This document shows, piece after piece, positions 21,914 through 33,317 of a stretch of 34,714 nucleotides of DNA. A model generated the notes under the pieces. That model was given only the letters and a program-made list of their open reading frames with translations. It was not told where the DNA came from and ran no database searches. Position numbers and translations under genes: made by a program. Each line of letters opens with the position of its first letter. Within the stretch, counting starts at the first letter, position 1. The stretch comes from Nemertoderma westbladi (Eukaryota > Animalia > Xenacoelomorpha), in NCBI GenBank assembly GCA_032718475.1, contig JAUCBJ010002419.1, positions 1 to 34,714 of the forward strand, given 5' to 3'.

Positions 21914-22065
21914 GGGTGATCTTCCACAGTAAACCCTTCCAATCTGTTTCCTAAAGGTATACCTGCTCAGGGTGATCTTCCACAGTAAACCCTTCCACTC
22001 TGTTTCATAAAGGTATACCTGTTCAGGGTGATCTTCCACAGTAAACCCTACCACTATCCGTTTCC
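21914..22065. repeat. 56-bp tandem repeat, about 2.7 units
   Basis: gggtgatcttccacagtaaaccct at 21914, 21970 and 22026. Confidence 0.92.
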
Positions 22066-22399
22066 AAAGTTGCCATGATTCCCATTTATCGATCAGTTAA
22101 GGATGAAAGCCAGCAGGGTTGCGCTAGGTTGCAGCATTTAAAACAGTGAGCCGAAACAGTGCTGACCCATAGGAATCTAACCAGGGAATGTCATCACTAG
22201 ACCAAGCTGCTGCTTGGTATTTTTTTTTTTTTTTTACCAGAAAGAAGCCTTATTAAATTTGTACAGTCGCGTCAGTAAAGTTGTCTGGCAGTCAAAATTC
22301 CATGTCAAAACTGAACTATTCATGTCTATGATATCAATCCCCAATTGACCAAATATGCTCAGGTCAATCGGAAACTTGTCCTGAACTTTACAATGAATC

Positions 22400-22825
22400 T
22401 TTCAGTGAGGCACCATTACATTTGACTTGGTGGACTACAGACAGATCAAATTGAGGATTACGTTGGCCACATTCCACAATCCCATGGCGGAAACTGACTG
22501 TGCATCAAGTCTGGCTAGTATGTTCCTTAGGCTAGGGTTCTACCACCATCTGGTCGTCGTCATTATTGCGAACTTTGTTCCGTCGAGGTAGATATTAGTG
22601 ATGTGAATCTGTTGTCATTCATATTCTAACTATTGATCTCGCCAATGATACATCAAACCAATCCATGGCGCTGGTATACATTGCCGGATATGTGGCAAAA
22701 TTGATTATTAAGTTTACAGGCAATTTTGGTGAAGATTATCTTTCTGATGAAGAAATACCTCTATATTACAGATTGAGACATGGGGTGGTCTTACCTATCC
22801 AACTGACGAGTTGGTTTCCTAATGT
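22400..22825 (+). pseudogene. P-element/THAP9-like transposase C-terminal relic
   Basis: TDQIEDYVGHIPQSHGGN (cf. QDxLExFFGxxRQxxGxN), MALVYIAGYVAK and GGLTYPTDELV in the expected order, across frameshifts. Confidence 0.7.
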
Positions 22826-23550
22826 TACAACATAACTTACTTTACCCAAAACTGCGGGACACTCAAAAGTTATGAAATGCTTGTTTTACTAGCTTAAATA
22901 GTGAAATTACTTATTACCCAATAAATAATAATAAATATAAATAATACCGCATTGAATCATTTTATTCATTCATTATTTTTATCATCTCTCTATATGCAAA
23001 ACTTTATGTACTGCATGCGTAATACTGCAGTAAGCCTAAAACCTGATAACAGTATATTACTAGCTATAAAACCATAGGCCAACGAAAATTTCAGCATTCC
23101 ACTTGCTACAATTACCCTGTTATTTAATATACTTTCCTTTCACTTTCATGAAATAAGCACAATAATGAATCATTCCAGAATATGTAGTAACAAATCCAAT
23201 ATCTATGTAAATATACGGCAATGATCTGCAGCTGTTTGCATATCACTTAACACCATTCACCATGTAATGTAAGTTAGAGCTATGAGGTGCCTAATTGGAT
23301 TCCCTTTTCCCATATAGTAGTAGTTTTTTATAGTTGATAGTTTATATAGTTTAGATTAAGTTATTATAGTTTATATAGGCTATGGTCTACAATGACTTGT
23401 TGGGGCCTAGATACCAAGCAAAAGTTTATTGTCGAGCCATAGCGCTGCAGGGAAAATGGTTCTTGGGGGAAAACTCAGATCGTCAACTTTCACATATATT
23501 GTTAATGTACAGTATGATAGTAAGTAAATCATAGAAGTGTAACTAGCTAA

Positions 23551-23770
23551 AGACCCGTTCACACCCAACGGTACCGTTGCGGTAACTGATTGTCTATCTG
23601 TCGACTGGGAATTCAACAGGAAATTACATTAATTGTTTTAACATTGTTTAAATTGGCTGCGGTAAACAGCGCGGTTTAGCGCACAACTACCTGTTGGGTC
23701 GTTCACAGTTGTACCGCTGGTCCTGCGGTACACTGCGTGGTGTACCGTTCCGTCGGATGTGAACGGGCCT
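23551..23770. mobile_element. PIF/Harbinger (Tourist-like) MITE, 220 bp
   Basis: TIRs AGACCCGTTCACACCCAACGG and CCGTCGGATGTGAACGGGCCT; TAA TSD at 23548-23550 and 23771-23773. Confidence 0.88.
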
Positions 23771-23943
23771 TAATGGCCCCAAGTCTGGACCTCATGCCGG
23801 ACTATGGTACAGCGCTGGTTAAAACTATATATCAGTCTTTCCTTGTAAATAGCTATAAGTCTTTCCGGTAATGCACATCAACAAGTAAACTAATAAATGT
23901 GATACAGGATATAATATACCACCTTCATGAATCCTTTATGAAT

Positions 23944-25361
23944 ACTACTACTACTACTAGGATCGGCATGCTGCATTGCAGCTGCATTTTTAAGAATGCT
24001 GTGCCGGCTTATCGACAAAATTGCACCGCCACAACTCCCTATCACCCATGACATTTGCTAGATCATCCGCATCTTCAAGGCCAGTGTCCTTTAAGATGCG
24101 TCTCAAGAAAGTCATGGACTGTCCACCATGCTTATTCACTCCATGAGGCTGCCAAAGTACAAGATTATGCACTGGCTGGTCCTCACGGCGAAAGCAATGT
24201 CCTGCAAAGCGGAGGCGATTTTGTTCTAGTGTCAAGCTTGGGCGAACCAATGAGACACCTCCAATGTTATATAGTGTCTGGTTGGAGATGTGTGCATTGT
24301 ACTTGACACAATGAACCCGGCGTAGCATTCTTGTGACTGTGCCATCCAGAGATTTGGTGTCCTCAGCAGTTAGAGCCCAGCATGGACTCCCATAGAGGAG
24401 TACTGGAACTACCTGGACCTTAAGTTTCCGATTAATTCTCGGTGACTTCCAAATCCTGGAAAGCCTATTCAAGGCTGCCCATGCCTTCCCCTTACGTATT
24501 CGAAGGTCCTCACCTGACTTCCGGATCCATGATACCAGGTAACAGAAGTCATCCACATGCTCAAGTATACCATCTTTTGAGCTTTTGCTCATCCGATCAG
24601 ATAATTGTTAACTGTCAAAATTTTGGTCTTTCTGGAGTTAATAAAAAGACCAACACTAGAAGCAGCACGTTCTAATGAGCTGAGGAGCCGCTGGGCTCCC
24701 TCTAGTGATTCTGAGAGTACTCCTAAGTCATCAACAAAGTCTACATTAAGGTACTTGGCAGGATTTCCTCGACTTCTGGAGCCAGTAGGTGGAGTTATCA
24801 TCACCCCATCATCATTATGATGATCGAAGGACATGCGTAGAACATAGTCAACAACAATTATGAACAAGAATGGTGCAAGTGTGTCTCCCTGGAGGACGCC
24901 CCATAACACTTCAAATGGTTCTGTGTCACCGTCAACAGTAGACACAAATGTTGTCGAACCATCGTATACTGATCTGATTGCTGCAATAATTTCATCAGGA
25001 ATCCCATATAATGAAAGCATGCTGAACATACGTGAGCGAGAGACTGAATCAAAGGCCTTGAAGAATTCAACAAAGATAACAGCCAGATGCCTGTCTTTCT
25101 TTTTTGATAACTCTTCAATTATCCTTCTAAGTGCCAAAATGGGCTCCATGGTGCCACGACCTTTACGGAACCCATTATGATTTCCACGGAGCAGTCTCTC
25201 AATGGGATCCCTGATGCGATTTAATAGAATTCTATTGTATAGCTTTGCAGCAATCGAGATCAATGAGATTCCCCGAAAAGAACCATAGAGTGTTAGGTTG
25301 CCCTTCTTAGGAACTGGCACCAACTTATTTGTTTTCATTTCTTGTGGGACTCTTGTTAATT
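23944..25361 (-). mobile_element. 5'-truncated RTE-like LINE (RT and C-terminus) with 12-bp TSD
   Basis: PVPKKGNL..FRGISLISIAAKLYNRILLNR, GVLQGDTLAPFLF, DFVDDL, FCYL, RLRFAGHCFR; TSD tcctttatgaat at 23932-23943 and 25362-25373; (TAG)n tail. Confidence 0.95.
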
Positions 25362-25544
25362 TCCTTTATGAATGCTGATAGGCTAATTGTTGTTTGGCTC
25401 TGATTGGCTGTCGCCATTAGTAATATATTGACTAGCAATATATGAGTAACCTTTACTTAGATTGTATATTGTCATTATTCCCTCCAGATAATGATAGCGC
25501 AGGATATTATGGGTGTGGCGGTTTTTTGGGGTTCTGGTTTCGAT

Positions 25545-26120
25545 GGAATATATACGAGTTGCACCAAGCGTATCAAACTTGTATTTTTCGGTGCTTTATG
25601 CAAATTTTGGTGCTAGCACAAAATTTTGAAAATTTATTCAATAGATAAAATTGCTTGTGACAATTTACTTCCTGCGTTTTAGAGGTTTATGGCTGTTCTG
25701 AATTCAATGGAATATATAATTATCGAACTAAACATTTCAAACTTGTATTTTTCGGAAGTGGGTGCAAAATGTGGTGCTAGCACCAAAATTTGAAAACCAT
25801 CAAATATTTCAATGGATTGTGTCACCTTGTTTCTTGCGTTATACTGGTTTGTGAGGGTTCTGAATTCAATGGAATCAGCAAAAATTTCATAAGAGTTATC
25901 AAACTTGTATTTTTCGTGGGTGGGTGAAAATTGTTGTGCCAGCACCAAATTGTGGAAAATAAGCAAATTTATCAGTAAATAGTATCATCTTGTTTCTTGC
26001 GTTATACGGGTTTACGAGGGTCCTGAACCCGATGGAATCAATAAAAACAGCACTGTCATCGCAAACTTGTAGTTTTTGGTGATGGGTACGAAATTTATTG
26101 CTAGCACCAAAATTTGCCAA
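25545..26120. repeat. ~162-bp diverged tandem repeat inside the MITE; related copies at ~27850-28150
   Basis: caaacttgta(t/g)tttt anchors at 25574, 25738, 25900 and 26062. Confidence 0.85.
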
Positions 26121-26646
26121 ATTACGCGGAAAAATACAAGTAGCAATGGTCTGGTATATTAGAAATGTATTCCATTAGAATCAGCGCCCTAGAAAACCTG
26201 AAAATGTGAATTTATAGCATCGTATAAGTGAATTAAAAATGTTGTGTTCTAACTGAAAAGTGCTGGTTACTTTCATTTTGTTCCTACGCAGAGAGGACTA
26301 AACAGCCATTTATAGTAATCTTATCATTTTTAAATATTTTCCAATGTATTTTGCGTCCCAGAAAACCTGTATTGAAAAACAATTAGCCGAAAAATGTAAC
26401 TTTCAAATTTTGTGAAAATTGTGCACTTACTTGTAATTTTGGTGCTGCAATATAACCACCCCAGTACATTTTTTCGAAAAAATTTTTTTTCGGTCGGATT
26501 CAGACTAGTGATACCTACGTACAAACAAAAAATCAGACGTTTTCGTTAATATTTGTAGATTTTAGAGGGGGGAAGGTGGTCAATATGACCCCCCCCCCTC
26601 CCCGGTATTTGTACAACATTTTATAGCCCGGTACTAATAGGGATAA
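25545..26646 (-). mobile_element. Non-autonomous piggyBac-like DNA transposon copy with one recognisable terminus
   Basis: Minus strand reads TTAT-CCCTATTAGTACCGGG (mutated TTAA-CCC terminus); homologous to 21155-21660. Confidence 0.6.
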
Positions 26647-26999
26647 GGTAGGAGAATAACTGCGGTGTAACTGGTGTAATATCGTTGGAGACACTTTTTT
26701 AAACGCTTGTAGCTAAATATTAAATGCAAAAATAAAAATTCTGGCTCCCCAGTCAGTGGTTGGGAGGTGAAACTATCTCTGTTTCAAAGTTCACGTAATC
26801 TCATTAAGATTTGTAGATATACAGTATATTGTGTGAATATAGTGTGAATTACGACACTATATTCTGGGATATGGTGTATAATTATACTATATAGTTGCTA
26901 TTTACAAAAACATTCATTCTAAGAGTTGGTTCATTAAATTTTGATTGATTTAATATTGAAAGAGTTGATTAACAAAAGTTTGGATATTATTAAACTTAC

Positions 27000-27506
27000 T
27001 TGGTCCATCTTTACCAGCATTTTTGTTGGTTTTATAAAATAGTCATTCGCACAATGATTGTACCACCACCCATTGCCATGGCTATGGACACAACTATGAT
27101 CAGCACCATCATTATTCCTGTCAAATGTGGTGAAAGGTCGATGATTAAGAAATCTCATAACATCCGTTGACTTCACATGTCCAGAAATCTCAAGTTCATA
27201 ATTAGTACTAGATGATCCAACTCTGAATGACGTATATTCATCAGATATTCGCTTACCATTGACCCATGTATCAATTCTGAATCTAAATTGTCCGAACTCT
27301 GTAGTAATTTGATGTATATGATCTAATCCAATCCAAAACTCTCCATTTACACCACCAAAACCATTAGCATATTCATCCCACGTACGATTGAAGTTAATTT
27401 GACCATCACGGCGGCTTAAAATCACCAACCACTGGTTCGCAGATTTATTATCGCATTTAATTAAATCTTCTAAAATGTTCGAGTATTCTGAGCAGTTTCT
27501 TCTTTC
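27000..27506 (-). CDS. Fibrinogen-related domain (FReD/ficolin-like) exon, phase 0-0
   Basis: tctttcag acceptor at 27507 and gtaagt donor at 26999; open frame RNCSEY...C...WLVILSRRDGQINFNRTWDEYANGFG...EFWIGLDHIHQIT...FTTFDRNND...C...GWWYNHC. Confidence 0.92.
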
Positions 27507-28547
27507 CTGAAAGATAACAATTAATGCATTAAAATTTAAAAATTAATTAACTATTTAAAGTAATAATAGTTAAATTGTTTAGTATTGTATTCTAGATTCA
27601 AAAAAGTATTGACCTATACAACACAATATTATCAATTATCATACAATGGCTTTGATCAATGCTGAAATATCTTGAAAGTGAACACAATTTAAAATCATGG
27701 GGTTTCCGTGAATTACAATTTTAGGCCGCAATATGAAAATGACATGTACTCATTCCAATTAGTTTGAAAGCAACATTTTTACTTATAAAAGATATCCAGG
27801 TTTCTGGGGAGTATTTCAAATACACCGAGCCACGTCTAGTCGTATTTTTTGGCACCAAATAATTGTGTTAAAAAACAAATTTTTAACACAACGAAAAAAG
27901 TAAAATTTCTTGCTTTTGACATATTTTCTGTCGAAATTCAATATTTAGTTCTTTTTGCATTTTTACATTTTGCACCCACCAACGAAAAATATCACTTTGA
28001 GATTTCTACAGCTATTTATATTTATTCTTTCGAATTCAGAAAAACACACAAAAATCAGAAACAATTTACCTATTTGATAAATTTCCAAAATTTTATGCTT
28101 GCGCCTAAATTTGACACACCGAAAAAAAGTTTGAAGTTTCTAGCGCATTAACATGAGTGGCATTACTATACATCATGTTCTCGAATATAGTGGCGTCGGT
28201 ATTCACTCATGTTAGCGGATTCAATTCGCTATGCGTTCCCATTATTACACAGTGGAATGGGGCCGATTTACCAATATTGGCGAGAGCAAATAATGAGCCA
28301 GTGGGTGGATTAATTAACCCAGCCCAAAATCCAATATTGCCCAAGGGAGAGTAGAAAGTGGCTTGATATTGTCAACCAATGGGTTATGGGCGCCATCTCT
28401 GAGGTTACCATTATTGGTGCAATAATTACTAATTCACATGTCGCTAATCAGGTCATAGAGGCGATGTGTTTTGTATATTTAGATATAGATAGTTGCTACC
28501 AATCTGATGTTCATAGCTAGTCGTCAGTGTGGATTATATTAGACCAA

Positions 28548-29115
28548 TTAATAATAATAATCATAATAATACACAATTTCTCATTATGCGCCTTTTTCGC
28601 AAGGTTCAAAGGCGCAGTAGTAAAAACAGTTAGAAAGTCAGTCGAAGGCCCTCGCCCTATTATATAAACATGTTTTGAGTTGAGTTTTGAATGATTCTAA
28701 ATTAGTGCAAGTTCTTAAGCTAAGGGGGAGGCTGTTGAAAATAACTGGGGCAGCATGTTTAAATGTACGGGAACCGACCGTCTTTAAGTTGTATCTTGGG
28801 ATCAATAAAGTCCACAGTTGTTGGGTTCTAGTCGGGTTGTAGTTTGGAGTCAACAGTTCTAAAATGTAAGACGGGGCGAGACCATTAAGCGCCTTCCACG
28901 TCATGAGTGCAATCTTGTACTCGATACGGAAGGTGACCGGCAACCAGTGAAGATTTCGTAAAGTAGGGGTGATGTGAGATCTAACAGGTTGACCTGAAAT
29001 AAGGCTGGCGCAGCTATTAAGTGCAAGTTGTAGTCTGTTGAGGGACACAGTTGGTAGATTATACAGGAGACTGTTGTTTCGATTGATACGTGATATTATT
29101 AGAGCATTGATAAGC
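28548..29115 (-). mobile_element. L2-clade LINE 3' end
   Basis: ALIISRI..NSLL, HITPTLRNLHWLPVTFRIEYKI, APSYILELL, FNSLPLSLR, FKTQLKT; 3' stem-loop gcgcctttg...aaaggcgc and (TAT)n tail. Confidence 0.92.
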
Positions 29116-30169
29116 TTCTTCAGAATTAAACAGATCGAGGGACTAAGAACAACATCTTTCTCTACAATAACTGTCCCCTGATTCCAAAGAACCAAGCCTT
29201 AGACCCGCTACGACCATTGATATCTATAAAGAAACTAACTCTAAGCAACACCCAGTGGTTCGGGAGTTTCGTCAGCTGGCTCCCGCCACAAGTCGCCCCC
29301 CAATTTTTCTATAAATCTTAAAATTGCATGAAATACCTTATTCCTTAGTGGATATGTTTGCTTTCATTCTTTAGCTACGAGCGTTTAAAAAAAGGTGTCT
29401 ACCAGACGTACTGCAGTATTATTCTTCAATCTTATAGTTGCATCTTTGAATAGGAAAAGCACCGAATCAGATCCTTGGGTAGCAGCTATCGAATGAGGAG
29501 CCTTCGGGTCGCCTCCGACATCGGCCGACTGTTTGCTTTACAGGCCATTTATTCTAGTTAATAAATGCACAATATTCCATAACATTTTGTATAACTCAAG
29601 TAGCTGTCCCGCAATGCAAATCCTATATAATACTATCACTATAATACTAATCTATGTAACACTACACTAAATTGCACTTCAAATCTTGCCCCGGCATTCC
29701 CCCATGCGCGACTGACCTTCGATGCGCTCTTTTCCTTCTCACCCAGGGTCTCCCCAAATAATTATTTTTATCACTGTTTGCCATATTTTAATCGCCTTAT
29801 ATTTTTCTGCCACTGTATATTTAAATTATATGAATTCATACGTAGGATACTTACTGTATTGTATATAATTATCTTACTCGTATGAGTGTTACTGTAAAAG
29901 CTTCTGTGGGATATAACTGGCCCCTTTTGCTTCGCAATCCAGTTTCCCCCCAGGCGCTGGAATACTCTAAAAAGGTTCTCTAACTGTATATATATTCCCC
30001 TCGCCCGCAAGGTACCGTTACAGGTGTTTTAACGGACATAAAAGTCATTCTGCTATATACGTGTTTTGGCGGACATGGTAAGGCAAAAAACCTGCAATGC
30101 ACCAACTACCTTTCACAGCTTAGCCGTGATGATTCATATTACGACATCTAACAGCTGGTTGCTGACATG

Positions 30170-30280
30170 GAAACAGCCATTGGACGCATGGTTCTTTGTT
30201 TGGCTTGAGCCAATCAGAGCGATTTTTCCTGTCGACGTGTAGCTTTTCGGCCGATCATAAGGAGAGTGTTCAGTCTTACT
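30170..30280 (+). promoter_or_regulatory. Candidate Pol II promoter (CCAAT boxes, Inr-like TCAGT)
   Basis: ATTGG at ~30180, agCCAATcagagc at ~30210, TCAGTC at ~30270, followed by a long ORF-free leader and an intact ORF. Confidence 0.4.
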
Positions 30281-31439
30281 GTTTTTACTTGATACTTTGT
30301 TGTTATTGCTGTCTAAGCCAGAAACACCGGCTCTAGAAACTCTAGTAAAACTGCTTAAATTATCGAAAGTATAAACTGTTACCTCATCAAATCTAACTTA
30401 ACTACTCACTAATTAACATATTCACTTAATTTAATTGCATTAATCATATTGTTTGTACTGTTATTTTACCGTCAGTTATTAATTGTACCTATTTGTTGAT
30501 GGAAATATTGCTCTTTGGATAATACGGATAAATCACCCAAATTCCCAATTTTCTTGATACACTACAGGTTAGAGAGACCGGCTATACATAACAATTGCGA
30601 TTTATATTAATGTGGTGTGTATTGAATCCAATGTTATTTAGCAGACCCTACGTGAGTCAATTGCTGCTCTCTTTATGTGTGATCAAATATACTGACGGTC
30701 GGCAGAATAGTGTGTATGATTGTGATTGGTAACAAAGTATTTCCTAAAGAATACGCTTTATACTTCAATCATAAGCAGTATCGTTGCGTTTTAGTATAAG
30801 TCTTAGTTCTGTTTAAATAGATAAAGCGCCACGTCCTAAAGGAACTGTTAATATTTCCCGAAAGCCAATAATATCTGTCAGAGATTAATTATTAACGATC
30901 TATCGAATAATACAGTAGGTATACACTGCAACCTTACACTGCAATAATAAAATTTAAGCATCCGAATTCAGTCTCCCGGGTGTAGATCCATCGGGTGAAT
31001 GATCGCGCATGGGCTGATTTCGGCTAGTGTTTTGCGTATTAGCATAAAATATTGTCGTATGCTAAAGTGGTTTTAATTAACTAAAAGACATATAAATTTT
31101 GGCAGGTTAAACTGCTAAAGGTCTTCAAAAGCGCGAACAGTAACAGTTTATAATCTTATTGCAGTAGGCAATAAGGTTGCAAAATACCGTAGTGACTGGT
31201 AAAACTGAACCGGTACTTTGTAGGTCAGTAGGCCTAACTGTCATCACCGGTACCGGTACTGCTGTACAAGTACATTTAGTATTATTCGATTTGATTATTG
31301 TATACTGGTAGGTCTTAGTACTTAATCAGGGACTGCAGCCCTGAATTTTTATTGAGATTTTACCTATTTCTGTCGGTTTTATTTCCTAGTAGGCTAATAT
31401 TGAGCAGAAGGCGTGTGACCCTGCTCAGATTGTTCAGAT

Positions 31440-32010
31440 AATTGTAGGCTGAGCTGCTGTCTGACTGTTGTTGAGTTTGGAGAGATTACGGCGTGTGTAG
31501 AGTTTGTCTGATAAAGTGCCGTTAGTAAGTTGGGGCAGCCATAAGCGGTAAGGTCAATCCCCTCTTAAAGAATAAGTCGTACTACCGTGTTAGAACGCAT
31601 ACTAACTAACAGTTTCAGAGTCTGCATATACTGTAGTTTATTTAGGCTTGATCGTAGTCTGCCAGTGTTTTAGCCTGTGTTTGTTTGTGTGGTCTGTTCA
31701 GGTACCGTAATAGTTATTACTCAAATATTTGTAGGCTGGATTGTTGTCTAGCTATTTTTGGGTCTGAAGGGATTGCTGCGTGTGTAGAGTTGGTCTGATC
31801 AAGTGCCGTTAGTAAGTTGGGGCAGCCATAAGCGGTAAGGTCAATCCCCTCTTAAAGAGTAAGTCGTACTACCGTGTTAGAACGCATACTAACTAACAGT
31901 TTCAGAATCTGCACATACTGTAGTTTGTTTAGGCTTAATAGTAGTCTGCCAGCGTTTTGGTTTGTATTTGTTTGAGTACTCTGTACGGGTAGCGTAATAT
32001 TTATTATTCA
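31440..32010. repeat. 287-bp tandem duplication with a near-identical ~140-bp core
   Basis: gcgtgtgtagag...gtgccgttagtaagttggggcagccataagcggtaagg... at 31491 and 31778. Confidence 0.95.
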
Positions 32011-32938
32011 GAGTTTATGCGATTATTCGCAACATTCATGTCCCCAAGTTTATTCCTACAGTAATTGTGCTTGTTATACATACCGTTATAGTTAAACTAA
32101 CCCCGGTACTACATCAGGGCTGCTCGGCGTAGGTAAAGACTGGAGATTTTGTGCTTCGGTCACTCCAGCAGATGCCGTGGTTCTTTTAACTGTTCAAGTA
32201 TATTTAACTACTGATTATTTGTTATACCGGTACTTGTACCTAATTTAGGGTTTAGTGTACAGTGCTTTCCGAAGTAATTAGTGTAGGCAGTATATTTGTG
32301 TTGTAAAGTGGTTGATAGGCACATTCGTTAGCTCTATTAGCTTCTGGGTAGGAACAATCCGTGATACATAACGTAGTACCTATAGCGATACGGTTATAGG
32401 TCGTCAGGCGGTGGTATTTTCCTATCTGGACAGTACAATATATTTACTACTTATTATTTCAAATACCGTAGTACCCTGTCCGTTGTAATAGCCAGAATTC
32501 TAACCCTTTGTTAGGCTGGTTTGTAGACTTCCTGTAAAATTACCCTAAAAAATTTTGTACGTAATATTTTGTTGTGTTTAATTAGAGAATTAATCTCACC
32601 CGTATCGTAAGTAATTTGTAGTATTAAGTAACTTAGGTAAATTAGAATTATCAGTTTTAGTGTCAAATAAATAGCACTTCACTGAGAGGCGTTCAGCTTC
32701 TGTGTAGTGACTCCCCCAGAAATAATAACATTTATTTCAAATATTGACAAAAAACCCATATAACGGGTATATAAATATTATAAATCAAATCAAACGATTT
32801 ATAAATAGTAGGCCTGTCATACAAAAACTAGGTCTCACTATCAGTTGGACTACTGCTTAAATAACGGTAACAAAGTAAGTTAAAGTAACCAAGTAGCCCT
32901 AAAATATTCAGAGATTTAATTATTCTAAAATAATTGAC

Positions 32939-33180
32939 ATACCGGTACTCACTATAGGCTTATTATATTTATCTCTATAAATTTGAGCTGAAATCATACC
33001 GGTACTCTGTAATTAATTCTAGTTCATAATTATACTTACATGCTGTAAGTGTAAGCTGTATACCGGCATTCACTATAGGCCTATTATATATATATATATA
33101 TTTGTGCTAAAATTATATACCGGTACTCTGTGACAAATCTAGTCTTTAATAATACTTATATATTATAAGCATACCGGTAT
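32939..33180. repeat. ~121-bp diverged tandem duplication built on ATACCGGTA motifs
   Basis: ataccggtactcactataggc (32939) vs ataccggcattcactataggc (33060); ataccggtactctgt at ~32997 and ~33117. Confidence 0.75.
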
Positions 33181-33317
33181 TCTAATATATTGTGTATATA
33201 TCACGTTACACCGAGTAACGGTACCGGTAATAAATCGCTAGGCTTGCGGTCATACTGAATTACTAGACTTGCTTTAACTGAAACTATAGTAGTAGACATT
33301 CAACTGTATAACTAAAC

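Noticed and set aside
28382-28400. ggttatgggcgc as a copia-type primer-binding site
   Set aside because: Imperfect match, no preceding LTR and no copia ORF downstream.
30016-31145. cgttac...gtaaca as an LTR
   Set aside because: The 5' end is not TG, no PBS follows and there is no second copy in the window.
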